A DNA stretch of 64,000 bases from Candidatus Obscuribacterales bacterium (GCA_965228855.1 CBDDIJ010000003.1:256001-320000), one strand, 5' to 3'; positions 1-10,550 are shown, counted from the stretch's first letter. Notes: generated from the letters alone by a model not told the origin. A program made the numbers and translations.

Positions 1-281
1 TCTGTTGTCCACTCGCCATCGATATAGGATTCAGCAAATCCAATTGCGCCGTAGAGAACACTTCGTTCGTAAAATTTCGGGTCAAGCACGGTTATATGTG
101 CGTGAGCCGATTGCTTTCGTGTATCTCCGAAGCTCATCGTGTTTCCGTCTTCGAGGGTCATCCGAAGCTGGCTCTCCGACATCTTCTTGAACTGACCGAG
201 CAAAATCGTTCTGCAGATCTGTTGAATTCCTGTCTGTTTCCGTTTTTCAAGCTGGGAATACTCGGGTGCGTAATTTGTCAT
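1..281 (-). CDS. Cyclopropane-fatty-acyl-phospholipid synthase family SAM methyltransferase (UfaM/CfaS-like); 5' part only, runs off the window
   Basis: Not in the ORF track. Manual translation from ATG at 281 gives MTNYAPEYSQLEKRKQ...FYERSVLYGAIGFAESYIDGEWTT. GxIGFAESYxDGxW is the typical CFA-synthase N-terminal motif. It starts 3 nt after the DUF1365 stop. Confidence 0.8.
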   Translation of the reverse strand, partial: MTNYAPEYSQLEKRKQTGIQQICRTILLGQFKKMSESQLRMTLEDGNTMSFGDTRKQSAHAHITVLDPKFYERSVLYGAIGFAESYIDGEWTT

Positions 282-283
282 GT

Positions 284-1063
284 TTAGCTGCTTTTGGTTT
301 TGATGTAGTGCGGTTTTTGTAGATATTGATCTTCGTGTTTTTCGTGATGTGGAAAGCGTTTGATAAACAAAATCAGCGCATGGAGGTGTATTCCGAGCCA
401 TGCGACTAGGCTGCTGCATGGGTGTCGTAAGGTTCTTGTTGCCAGGGATTTGCTGGTGAGCTCGACACGTTTTGCGCGCATTCCGGCTTCAAAAGTGACG
501 GCTTCGCGTTCTCGATGGTTCACGGAAACTTCTAGCGAGTCATTCGGTTCGTTGAGCGCAAATTCAAATTGTCCATCGACCGAACTGTAGGGTGAAACAT
601 AAAATTCTTTGTCGAACGCTTGTTTGAAACCCTCTTCTCCGCCTAGGAGATAGAGCTTGCGTTCGCGAAAGGTGTTTTCAACTTCAACGACTGCGGCTAT
701 CATTCTTTCGTGCCGGTCGTAGCAGTAATAAACTGAAATCGGATTGAAAACGAAGTTCAGAAATCGCAGGTGCGTCAGAAGTTTTATACCAACAATCCGC
801 GAGGATAGGTCCGGTGAAGCTGCGGCGATGAAGGTCAAAAGCTTCTCTCGCAGGTCGCGAGGCGATGAGTCGATATGATCTTCGTTGCGTAATGAGTAGA
901 GTCGTGCCAACGGCGAGTCGACTGTCTTGTTGAATGGAGATCCTCCATTTATTTCATTTAGATCGACCAGAAACATAAATGTTGAAACATCAAAGCTGTT
1001 TCGCCTCGGTTCGCGACGAAGGTGCCATATGCTGCAGTCGTAGAGGCAGGAGGAAAGCTTCAT
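284..1063 (-). CDS. DUF1365 family protein (UfaO-like)
   Basis: Motifs HLRREP, FVFNPISVYYCYD, EVENTFRER and FDKEFYVSPY; overlaps the stop of the upstream oxidoreductase. Confidence 0.85.
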   Translation of the reverse strand: MKLSSCLYDCSIWHLRREPRRNSFDVSTFMFLVDLNEINGGSPFNKTVDSPLARLYSLRNEDHIDSSPRDLREKLLTFIAAASPDLSSRIVGIKLLTHLRFLNFVFNPISVYYCYDRHERMIAAVVEVENTFRERKLYLLGGEEGFKQAFDKEFYVSPYSSVDGQFEFALNEPNDSLEVSVNHREREAVTFEAGMRAKRVELTSKSLATRTLRHPCSSLVAWLGIHLHALILFIKRFPHHEKHEDQYLQKPHYIKTKSS

Positions 1064-2382
1064 CGCGCAACGTCCCTCAAGGTGGTATCTGCTGTGGTGA
1101 GGCGCGAATGTTTTTCGAAATGCGATGGTTGGCTCAATATATCCGCGACCGAATATGCAGACCTCAAAGCGTCTTCGTGAAAGCCGAAACCGAAATAGCT
1201 GCCGCAGAGAAAAACGTGTTGTGATGACAGATTGCTTAGCTCGAGCTGCCGCCTCGCTCTGTTTGTTGCAACGGTGAAGAGCGGATGATGATAGACCAGT
1301 TTTTGCTTGATAGTCGTTGGCTCGATTTCGTCGTCAGAGTTCAGTGAGATGAAGTAATTGGTTTTGGTATCCAGTGGCTGCAAGTTGTTCATCCAATAAT
1401 GCACGGATGACGATCCCGCAGATTCGCTCAGTCTGTAGTTCCACGACGCCCAGTTGCCGCGTGTAGTCGGCATGACGGAACCATCTGTATGGAGGCTAAC
1501 AAAATTCTTCTGGTATCTAAAGTTTTGAAGTTGCAGTTTGAAATCCGAGGAAGTTTCGTCCAGCATCGCGGCGGCCTGGTCTGCGTGCGCTGCGATTATG
1601 CACTTGTCAAATTTATGTGTTTCACCTGTGGAGGTCCGCACCAGAACCATGTTGTCTCGGATGGAAACCTGTTCTGCTGCGGTCCGAAGTTGTAGGTCTG
1701 GGACTATCTTTTGTTTGAGTTCTCTTACGTATGTTGATGCTCCTCCTGCGATTGTTTTCCACTGATACTGCCCGTACGTGTGCAATAATCCGTGTGTCTG
1801 CATGAACTTGAGTAACATGCGAATGGGAAACTTTCGCATATCATCCGTGGTGGCAGACCATAGTGATGACATCATCGGCAATATATAATCTTCAAGCGCC
1901 TTTGCATGTATTTCATTCGAGCGAACGTATTCCTCGACGCTCACATCTTCGAACATTTCATTGTCTACATCGCGAAGACCAATTTTGTTGAACTTGGCGA
2001 TGTTGAGTAGCATTTTAAAGAAGTCAGGTTTAAGTAGATTCTCGGTTCGTGCGAAGAAACGTTTGAAGCCCGTTCCCGACCATTCCACGTTGCTCTTGCG
2101 GTTTTGAACGCTGAACGACATATCCGTATCAGCGGTTCGCACTTGAAGGTGTTTCAGCAAATCAGTCAATAGTGGATAGGTGGTCTCATTGAAAACCATG
2201 AAGCCAGAGTCTATCGGGATGCACTTTCCATCCTCTTCTACATTCAAAGTGTTTGTATGACCACCGCAATAACTGTCACGCTCTAAAACCGTGATCTCGT
2301 ATAGACCGCTCAGTCGATACAGAGCTCCCAGTCCGGCGATGCCGGAGCCGATTATTGCCAGTCGTTTCTTCTCTTTGCTCAT
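1060..2382 (-). CDS. FAD-dependent oxidoreductase, amine-oxidase-like (UfaD-like)
   Basis: GSGIAGLG dinucleotide-binding motif, GGHTNT, DSGFMVFN..TYP, WASWNY and GSYFGFGFHEDAL. Confidence 0.88.
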   Translation of the reverse strand: MSKEKKRLAIIGSGIAGLGALYRLSGLYEITVLERDSYCGGHTNTLNVEEDGKCIPIDSGFMVFNETTYPLLTDLLKHLQVRTADTDMSFSVQNRKSNVEWSGTGFKRFFARTENLLKPDFFKMLLNIAKFNKIGLRDVDNEMFEDVSVEEYVRSNEIHAKALEDYILPMMSSLWSATTDDMRKFPIRMLLKFMQTHGLLHTYGQYQWKTIAGGASTYVRELKQKIVPDLQLRTAAEQVSIRDNMVLVRTSTGETHKFDKCIIAAHADQAAAMLDETSSDFKLQLQNFRYQKNFVSLHTDGSVMPTTRGNWASWNYRLSESAGSSSVHYWMNNLQPLDTKTNYFISLNSDDEIEPTTIKQKLVYHHPLFTVATNRARRQLELSNLSSQHVFLCGSYFGFGFHEDALRSAYSVADILSQPSHFEKHSRLTTADTTLRDVAR

Positions 2383-3305
2383 TGTTCGTGTTGAAGAGCC
2401 AATTGTCTTTCTCTGGTTACCGGAGCCTTTCGCAAATCCCAGATGATGCCCAGCTTTTCCATTAGCAGGAGGATGTAATAAGTGGTATCAATCTGCCACC
2501 ACTTAAGCCCCTGGCGAACAAGGTTCGGAAAGCGGTGGTGATTGTTGTGCCAGCCCTCCCCCATAGTTACGATCGCGAGGACGAAGTTGTTTTTGCTGTT
2601 GTCTGGTAGCTCGAATTCTCTATAGCCGAAGATGTGCGCAAGTGAGTTTATCGCAGCTGTCGCGTGAAAAAGGACGATAGTACTGAGGAGCCCCCAGCTC
2701 ACACATTGCCAACCTGATGTGTGGGTCGAGGGATAGAGACTGCCTACGATTTCGCCTAGAGCGTAGACTAGAAAACCCATGAGAATTGGACAAAGCCAGT
2801 CGAATCGATTCAAGAATCTGAGTTCGGCGAATTTGTTCAGATCCGAAACGCGGCTGTAGTCGGTCGGCATATTGTTGTCACTTAGAATCCAGCCGATGTG
2901 AGACCAGAAGAAACCTTCTTGAACCGGCGAATGGACATCGTTTTCCTCGTCCGAATACTTATGGTGTCTTCTGTGGTGCGCGGCCCACCACAAGGGACCT
3001 CGCTGCACGGACGTCGTGGCAAGTGCTCCGAAGATAAACTGCATGACCCGGGAGGTTTTAAATGTTCTGTGTGAAAAATATCGATGATAGAAGGCAGTCA
3101 CGAAGAACATTCGTGAGACATACAGAAAGACGGCAAGCCAGACTGAGAATGCGCTTGCGCCAGTCCACAGTACGGATAAGCTCGCGAGATGTAGGAGTAC
3201 AAAAGGCACTGCGCGACTTGGATTGACCGCGGCCTCTTTCTCAAGCACATTTTGTGCTCCTTCAGAAAAATAGTCAGCGTCAAGAAATTTCAGTGCGTTG
3301 TGCAT
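2379..3305 (-). CDS. Acyl-CoA/acyl-lipid (delta-9-type) fatty acid desaturase
   Basis: Three His boxes (HRYFSH, HRRHH, GEGWHNNHH) and TM segments. Confidence 0.92.
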   Translation of the reverse strand: MHNALKFLDADYFSEGAQNVLEKEAAVNPSRAVPFVLLHLASLSVLWTGASAFSVWLAVFLYVSRMFFVTAFYHRYFSHRTFKTSRVMQFIFGALATTSVQRGPLWWAAHHRRHHKYSDEENDVHSPVQEGFFWSHIGWILSDNNMPTDYSRVSDLNKFAELRFLNRFDWLCPILMGFLVYALGEIVGSLYPSTHTSGWQCVSWGLLSTIVLFHATAAINSLAHIFGYREFELPDNSKNNFVLAIVTMGEGWHNNHHRFPNLVRQGLKWWQIDTTYYILLLMEKLGIIWDLRKAPVTRERQLALQHEQ

Positions 3306-3396
3306 ATCGTTAGATCTTCCGTTGAAGATAATCCTAACGAAGCAAGGTGAACATCAGGTAAATGCGCCGAAACCGTTCAGGTTGTTAGCGACCAGA

Positions 3397-3990
3397 TCAG
3401 TCCAGAAGAGTGAGCGAGGATATGAAGCGATCTGCCTCGCTCGATTTTACGAAGTCGGGTTTTCCGGTGACGACAAGAGCGTAAGAGGTTTTCCCGGAAG
3501 TGGTTCCGATTAAGTAGGTACGCAACCTAAAGACCGATTGATCGTTGCCTATGGTGCCTTCGACTTCGTTGCCGATTCGTGTTGTCGCTCGGTCGCTGGA
3601 GCCGTAGTATTCGATGGGTTTGGTGGTCGAAACCTTTCCGTCGATTGATTTGACTATGCTCGCCGTGATTTCATCCAAACCGGTTTTGCTCTGTTCGGGC
3701 GTCATGAGCGTGCCGTGAGCGAGTCCGAAGATCAACTCGTACGTTCCGCTCTCGTGTCTATATAGGTACTTGCGTTTCATTATGTCATCGGTTGCGACCT
3801 CGTCTCGCGGTCCGGGCATGTTGACTTGAAACCCTGCGTGTTTGGGCTTGAATGTCTCCATTTGAGGCGTTCCACCTGCCGGAGCCTGCATGCCGAGTAC
3901 GTTGCGAAACGCTCTTGTGCAGCCGGAAGTGCAAAGCACTGTCGCTACGGAGAGCGTAACCAGAAGAGTCGAGCGCAAATGTTTCATCAA
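3397..3990 (-). CDS. Hypothetical lipoprotein
   Basis: Signal peptide with lipobox-like TSGC; C-terminal RFISSLTL as in many periplasmic PsbP-like folds. Confidence 0.6.
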   Translation of the reverse strand: MMKHLRSTLLVTLSVATVLCTSGCTRAFRNVLGMQAPAGGTPQMETFKPKHAGFQVNMPGPRDEVATDDIMKRKYLYRHESGTYELIFGLAHGTLMTPEQSKTGLDEITASIVKSIDGKVSTTKPIEYYGSSDRATTRIGNEVEGTIGNDQSVFRLRTYLIGTTSGKTSYALVVTGKPDFVKSSEADRFISSLTLLD

Positions 3991-4110
3991 ACACCTACAG
4001 TTTTGTGTGAACGTCTGAAAGTTTATGGGGCACTTTAGAGGTCTGGCGTGCGGTCTCCGAACTATTCAGCTAACATGACTCTGGTTCATAAAAGTAACGG
4101 CTCAAACTGG

Positions 4111-4383
4111 TTAGCCAAAGACTTCATTGAACCCGGCAACCCATCGCATGATTTGATCGACGCCAATCAAGGCAACGAACAGAAAAATCATTCCTGCCAA
4201 CATCACTAGAAGACCGGCGATGGATCCAATTAACCAGTGGTTGCCATCAGGGACGACACCATGTGAAAGCGAGTACGAAGCTTCCTGCACGGAGTCGGCC
4301 GACACGCGCGAGTAGCAGAACCAGCCGCCCGCAAGACCGCTGGCTAAAAGGATGGCGCCGATCAACAGTAATGTGGAATTCAT
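4111..4383 (-). CDS. Small two-TM membrane protein
   Basis: Two hydrophobic helices; GGAGG RBS just upstream of the ATG. Confidence 0.6.
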   Translation of the reverse strand: MNSTLLLIGAILLASGLAGGWFCYSRVSADSVQEASYSLSHGVVPDGNHWLIGSIAGLLVMLAGMIFLFVALIGVDQIMRWVAGFNEVFG

Positions 4384-4405
4384 GGGACCTCCATGATACG
4401 AGTTT

Positions 4406-5140
4406 CTAATATTTTACGGCGCGTCTGCCACCATAAGGTTGAAGGTCTTCTTCTGTCGGTTTCGTTACCCACTGATGGAAGAACAAACCACCGGCTGCCG
4501 CGATTGCTATGATGATTGACCAGATGCCTGATTGTCTCATGCATTCGTAGCCCTTGATCATGTCCTTTTCTGTGACGGCGTCTTCAACGTCGCCGGCGCG
4601 ATATTTGACCATCACGCGCGGTCTTACGATGTCCATTTGCTCTTCGCTGGGCGTCGCATTTTTGATCATGGTGCCAAGGCTTTTGAATTTGACCTTGTTG
4701 TCTTCACCATAATAGATGTGCTTTGTGATATCGTCCGGCGTTTTTTGCGGTGATTTGCGCTGCAACTCGATGCTCTCCTTCATCATTGTGTCGAAGGAAA
4801 CTTCTTCTTCTTCGTTAATCGCGTTGGGATCGTAGTCGCCTCGAGTTGCGAGACGCACGAACATGAGACAAAGCGGCAGTTTATCCTGCTTGACGTAGCG
4901 CTTGCCGTTGACGGTGTACGAGAATGTGATCGAAGGATCGCATAGCAAAATTTTTGGATAAGAAAACGGATTCAATACTTGGAAGTCGACGCCCTCATCG
5001 CGCTTAACGATGCGACCTTCGACTGTGTTCCAGTCCTTAGCCTTTTCGAATTTCTCGTTGTATGATCCGGCTGCAAGGATGAGCCAGACCCCGTACACGA
5101 GAAGGCAGAACATCAAGGGAAGAAATATTGATTTCAGCAC
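4406..5140 (-). CDS. DUF3592-like membrane protein
   Basis: N- and C-terminal TMs with the W.TVEGRI...PSITFSYTVNGKRY pattern. Confidence 0.6.
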   Translation of the reverse strand: MLKSIFLPLMFCLLVYGVWLILAAGSYNEKFEKAKDWNTVEGRIVKRDEGVDFQVLNPFSYPKILLCDPSITFSYTVNGKRYVKQDKLPLCLMFVRLATRGDYDPNAINEEEEVSFDTMMKESIELQRKSPQKTPDDITKHIYYGEDNKVKFKSLGTMIKNATPSEEQMDIVRPRVMVKYRAGDVEDAVTEKDMIKGYECMRQSGIWSIIIAIAAAGGLFFHQWVTKPTEEDLQPYGGRRAVKY

Positions 5141-5465
5141 GATAGACTCTCAACTTTCAGGATTTACCTGCTGCAAAAAAAGCGCCCTCGGCGATGAGGC
5201 GTTCGCTCTTTCGAATTTTGTATAAACTCAAGCACAGTGCAATTTCAACTATGATACCTTAACGCTTCTTGACAACATTCCCGTTTTAAACTTCCCTTAG
5301 CGTTTTGAGGTCGCTGAAGTAGCCTGAAATTGCTATTGTTTTTGCCCGAAACTTCTGAGACACACAGCTTCCCGGTTTTTCTGCTTTTCTTTGAAACTTG
5401 CAAGGAGCGTGGCACAAACTTTTGATATTGTTGGAGGCGGGGGCGCAGGTTTATTGGAGGGCTTA

Positions 5466-6388
5466 ATGTCCGGCGAACATTCTCATAGCCATGGCGACTT
5501 CAATGAGTTGCGCAAGAAAAGCAAGTCGTCACTAGTGATGGTGCTTATACTCACCACCGCCTATATGGTGGTAGAAGTGGTGGCAGGATTCTTTACGGGA
5601 AGCCTGGCGTTGATTGCAGACGCCGGTCATATGCTCGGCGATATCGCTGCTCTGTTATTGGCTTTGATTGCTGTGTGGTTCGCTGGAAAAACTCCCAGCG
5701 TGCAGAAGACCTACGGCTACTACAGAACTGAAATTCTTGCTGCTCTATTGAACGGCGTGGTACTCGTGGGGCTCTCCTTCTACATTCTGTTTGAGGCGTA
5801 TGAGCGTTTGTCGCAGCCGCCGGAGGTTCTTGGTGGACCAATGCTTGCCGTCGCTGTCGGTGGCCTTGTGGTCAATTTGATAGCGGTTAAAGTTCTGACA
5901 GGTTCATCCGAGAATTCTTTGAACGCGAAAGCGGCTTATCTTGAAGTCCTTGGCGATCTGCTCGGCTCGGTCGCTGTGATTATCGCCAGTTTGATCATAA
6001 TGTTTACTGATTGGAAACTTGCAGATCCGATAGTTTCCGGACTGATTGGCATAATGATTTTGCCTCGGACCTGGACCTTGATTCGAGAGTGCATTCACAT
6101 ATTAATGGAAGGCACTCCGGCTCACGTCGATTTGGAAAAACTGCGAAATAAATTGAGTTCGGTGAGCGGCGTGAAAAATGTTCATGACCTTCACGTGTGG
6201 ACAATCACATCTGGTCGCGATGCAATTTCTGCTCATGTTCTGATTGATGAAACACGACTACCGGACGATGTCTTGCGTGAGGTTACTTCGATCGCTCTTT
6301 CGGAATTCAATCTGCCGCATTCGACTTTGCAGGTCGAACAGAATGAGTGCAAATCGGAGCCCTGGGATCGCGAGCACGAGACTCACTC

Positions 6389-6392
<4 letters not shown>
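5466..6392 (+). CDS. czcD: Cation diffusion facilitator (CzcD/ZitB-like Zn/Co/Cd exporter)
   Basis: His-rich N-terminus, SLALIADAGHMLGD, TYGYYR.EILAAL and VHDLHVWTIT; ATG 5466 is preceded by GGAGG. Confidence 0.9.
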
Positions 6393-8077
<1,685 letters not shown>

Positions 8078-8162
8078 TTATTATGATTCCTGGTCGAGTG
8101 GGCGAGCGAAAGCGACGCCTATTAGGCGCGGTCTTTCAAAGATGTTTACTCAGGTCTTGGGG

Positions 8163-8804
8163 CTACTTTCTCTTAGAGCCTCGAAGTCCGTTCAAAATTA
8201 GATGCAAAAATGTTTCAACCTCAGTGTCGAATACCTTTCGGTCTGGTCGCCCTTCCTGAGGCACTGCTAAGGTTCGATCGTACGGTGGCAGATAGGCTCC
8301 GAGCATCGTTGCAATCACTTCCGTTTGAAGAGTGGTATCGGTGTCCTTTGAAATTTCGCCTTCGCCAAGTGCTGCGTCAAGGAACGACTGAATTACATTT
8401 TTCATTTCGGCGAACTTGTGATGGGCGCGGCTTCGAATTCGTGCGCTTACATAGACCAGTGTGTCAGGTGTGCGCACGCTGCTGGACTCTTCGTACACCG
8501 AGCCGACGAACTTCTTCAATGTGGTTTGTAGCGCTGGAAGGAAATCTGAATCTGTTTTTTCCAAAATGCTACGCATCATTTTAACCATGCTTGCGCAGTG
8601 ACTTTCGCATATCGTGAGAAGGATATCTTCTTTGTTGGGAAACACCGTATATAGTGTCGCCTTGCTCATTGGTACGGCACGAGCGATCTCTTCCATTGTG
8701 GTTTTCTCGAAACCATTTTCGTGAAACAGTTTGCGTGCTGCATCGACAATCTTTTCGATTTTTGCGTCGGCTTTGGAATCGGCCTTTGTTTCGGCTGGGA
8801 CCAT
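8163..8804 (-). CDS. TetR/AcrR family transcriptional regulator
   Basis: HTH segment IVDAARKLFHENGFEKTTMEEIARAVPMSKATLYTVFPNKEDIL. The likely start is ATG 8804 with a GGAGGT RBS; the ORF-track start at 8969 is probably too long. Confidence 0.9.
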   Translation of the reverse strand: MVPAETKADSKADAKIEKIVDAARKLFHENGFEKTTMEEIARAVPMSKATLYTVFPNKEDILLTICESHCASMVKMMRSILEKTDSDFLPALQTTLKKFVGSVYEESSSVRTPDTLVYVSARIRSRAHHKFAEMKNVIQSFLDAALGEGEISKDTDTTLQTEVIATMLGAYLPPYDRTLAVPQEGRPDRKVFDTEVETFLHLILNGLRGSKRK

Positions 8805-8900
8805 TGTTACCTCCGGAGGCAAACGCGCTGCGCTGGGAGCTGGAGTGCGACTCGTCGAGGGACGATGACTCGCGTGGAGCCTCCAGGCAGTTTTCTGACT

Positions 8901-8945
8901 TTTACTATAGTAAACGATTGAACGATTTTTGTTTAGTCGTTCAAT
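8901..8945. promoter_or_regulatory. Candidate TetR operator / tetR promoter
   Basis: Perfect palindrome TTTACTATAGTAAA (8901-8914) and inverted repeat ATTGAACGA-N11-TCGTTCAAT (8917-8945), overlapping a TAAACA-17-TACTAT promoter-like pair on the - strand. Confidence 0.55.
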
Positions 8946-8969
8946 GTTAAATCGACATAAGTCGCCCAA

Positions 8970-9292
8970 CTTCTCCGCTCTCGTCCGCGCCGACCGCCCG
9001 CTGCCCCCTTGCTCCCCTGCTCCGCTACTCCGCTACTCCGCTACTCCGCTACTGCGCCTATTCTCCTCTCGGTATGTTTAGAAGGGATTTCGTATGCCGC
9101 CTGCGGAATGGGTTCCAGAGGTATTCCTCCCGAAGTATCAAATTCGCCTCGGTCTAATACTGCCAGCGGAATAGTGGAGAGCGGAGAAGGAGTTGCTGGT
9201 GAGCGGAGAAGGAGTGGTGGAGAGGGAGAAGGAGTTGCTGGTGAGTGGAGAAGGAGTGGTGGAGTCCGCGGAGGTAGGGGAGGAAGGGGAGG
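8970..9292. repeat. Low-complexity C-rich/G-rich foldback region with short tandem repeats
   Basis: (GCTACTCC)~4 at ~9016-9052; 42-bp direct repeat GGAGAAGGAGTTGCTGGTGAG.GGAGAAGGAGTGGTGGAG at 9183 and 9225; 13-bp perfect inverted repeat 8970-8982/9177-9189. Confidence 0.75.
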
Positions 9293-9501
9293 TACGCGCT
9301 TTTGTCGTTGTGATCGGCGCGTGTCGAAACTGCCAATAAAGAGGATTAGGCAAACAGTTGTCGAGTGATTTCCGCTTTTGGGAATTTGCACGGCGTTTGG
9401 AGTTGAATTCGCTGACTGGCACGGCGCTTTCGGTGTTTTGTAGTTTGGGCGACCAAACCTCGAAAGAACTGGACGCCCATCGAAAACTTGGATATGATTG
9501 A

Positions 9502-9691
9502 TATTGATACCAATAACAGATGCACAGGACTACCTGCGGTGGTCCACAACAATTGTCTGGCACGAGGCATTTAGACCCTCGTTAATAGGTAGAAATTGAG
9601 CGGAGATTGCACGGCAACCTCCGTTGATGGTGGCGCATTTAGTACCACTACAACGGGTTGTCGGCTTTGCGTTGAGTGGCTGTCCATGCGA
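9502..9691 (+). ncRNA. Unrecognised structured element B, copy 1
   Basis: Closely similar to 10171-10361; series of hairpins with compensatory changes; G-U pairs favour the + strand; TATGAT -10 at 9493-9498. Confidence 0.6.
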
Positions 9692-9848
9692 ATCTTCGTG
9701 AAATCGCTGATAAAAATGCTGTAACTGTTCCAGTGCAGAATTGGCTTGTGGTTCCGGGTTTTTGATGTTTGTCTGGCTGGTCTTCTCTCCGATGGATAGC
9801 GGCTTTCGTCGGACGCTAAAAAATTTTCTTAAAACAAAAATGGGGGAC

Positions 9849-9877
9849 TTCCGCGCGGGGAATTCTGTTGGTATATT
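9849..9877 (+). promoter_or_regulatory. Sigma70-type promoter of element A copy 1
   Basis: TTCCGC-17-TATATT with a TG extended -10 and an upstream A-tract. Confidence 0.6.
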
Positions 9878-9880
9878 AGT

Positions 9881-10092
9881 AAATGAAGACGGTGAGTGAC
9901 TTGAAACGAAGCCACTTTGAGCCGAGGGGCAATGCGGAAACGGCAGGTTGGCGCCCAACCGGATACGACAGCAAGCAGCCCGCTAAGCGTGAAGGACTAG
10001 CTGAAGCGCTTTGAAATACTGAGCCTGTGCAACAGGCAGCTAGACGGTAGCTTGAGCACCACTGCAACGTAAGTTGGGTGGTGTTTTTGTTT
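9881..10092 (+). ncRNA. Unrecognised structured element A, copy 1
   Basis: ~95% identical to copy 2 by manual count; own promoter; multiple hairpins; 3' intrinsic terminator at 10056-10092. Confidence 0.75.
10056..10092 (+). terminator. Intrinsic terminator of A1
   Basis: GCACCACTGCAAC-GTAA-GTTGGGTGGTGT followed by TTTTGTTT. Confidence 0.8.
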
Positions 10093-10138
10093 GCGGATCT
10101 TTCTCAAAAAAATATGGTGCCAAGATGTGCAAAAGTCG

Positions 10139-10167
10139 TTTACCAGCGGCATGTTGTTGGGTATGAT
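10139..10167 (+). promoter_or_regulatory. Sigma70-type promoter of element B copy 2
   Basis: TTTACC-17-TATGAT; the -10 is identical to the one upstream of B1. Confidence 0.55.
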
Positions 10168-10170
10168 AGT

Positions 10171-10361
10171 TATTGATACCAATAACAGATGCACCGGACT
10201 GCCTGCGGCGGTCCAAAATAATTGTCTGGAACGGGCATTCTAAATCCCGTTGAAATAGGTAGAAATTGAGCGGAGTTTGCACGGCAATCTCTGTTGATAG
10301 TGGCGCATTTAGTACCACTAAGACAGGTTGTCGGCTTTGCGTTGTCTGGCTATTCATGCGA
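10171..10361 (+). ncRNA. Unrecognised structured element B, copy 2
   Basis: Repeat of 9502-9691 at an offset of 669-670 nt, with structure-preserving substitutions. Confidence 0.6.
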
Positions 10362-10518
10362 CTCTCGAAGATCTGTGGTGTCGAATGTGGTGCGTATTTC
10401 TCCTGCCGGTGCAGTGCTGTTGTTCAAGCGTTCGCTGGCGGTTTGAAAAATATAGAAGCGCATGGATACTCATACTTGGCTTGCTCAAAAAAGTTTTTCA
10501 AAAACAAAAAAGGGGGTC

Positions 10519-10547
10519 TTCCCATGTGCATGATTCGTTGATATAGT
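10519..10547 (+). promoter_or_regulatory. Sigma70-type promoter of element A copy 2
   Basis: TTCCCA-17-TATAGT, TG extended -10, and an AAAACAAAAAA UP-like tract. Confidence 0.65.
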
Positions 10548-10550
10548 TAT

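Noticed and set aside
9881..10092. Element A as a riboswitch or T-box leader of dut
   Set aside because: A1 and A2 have no downstream gene, A3 ends ~290 nt before dut, and no T-box or known aptamer consensus is recognisable.
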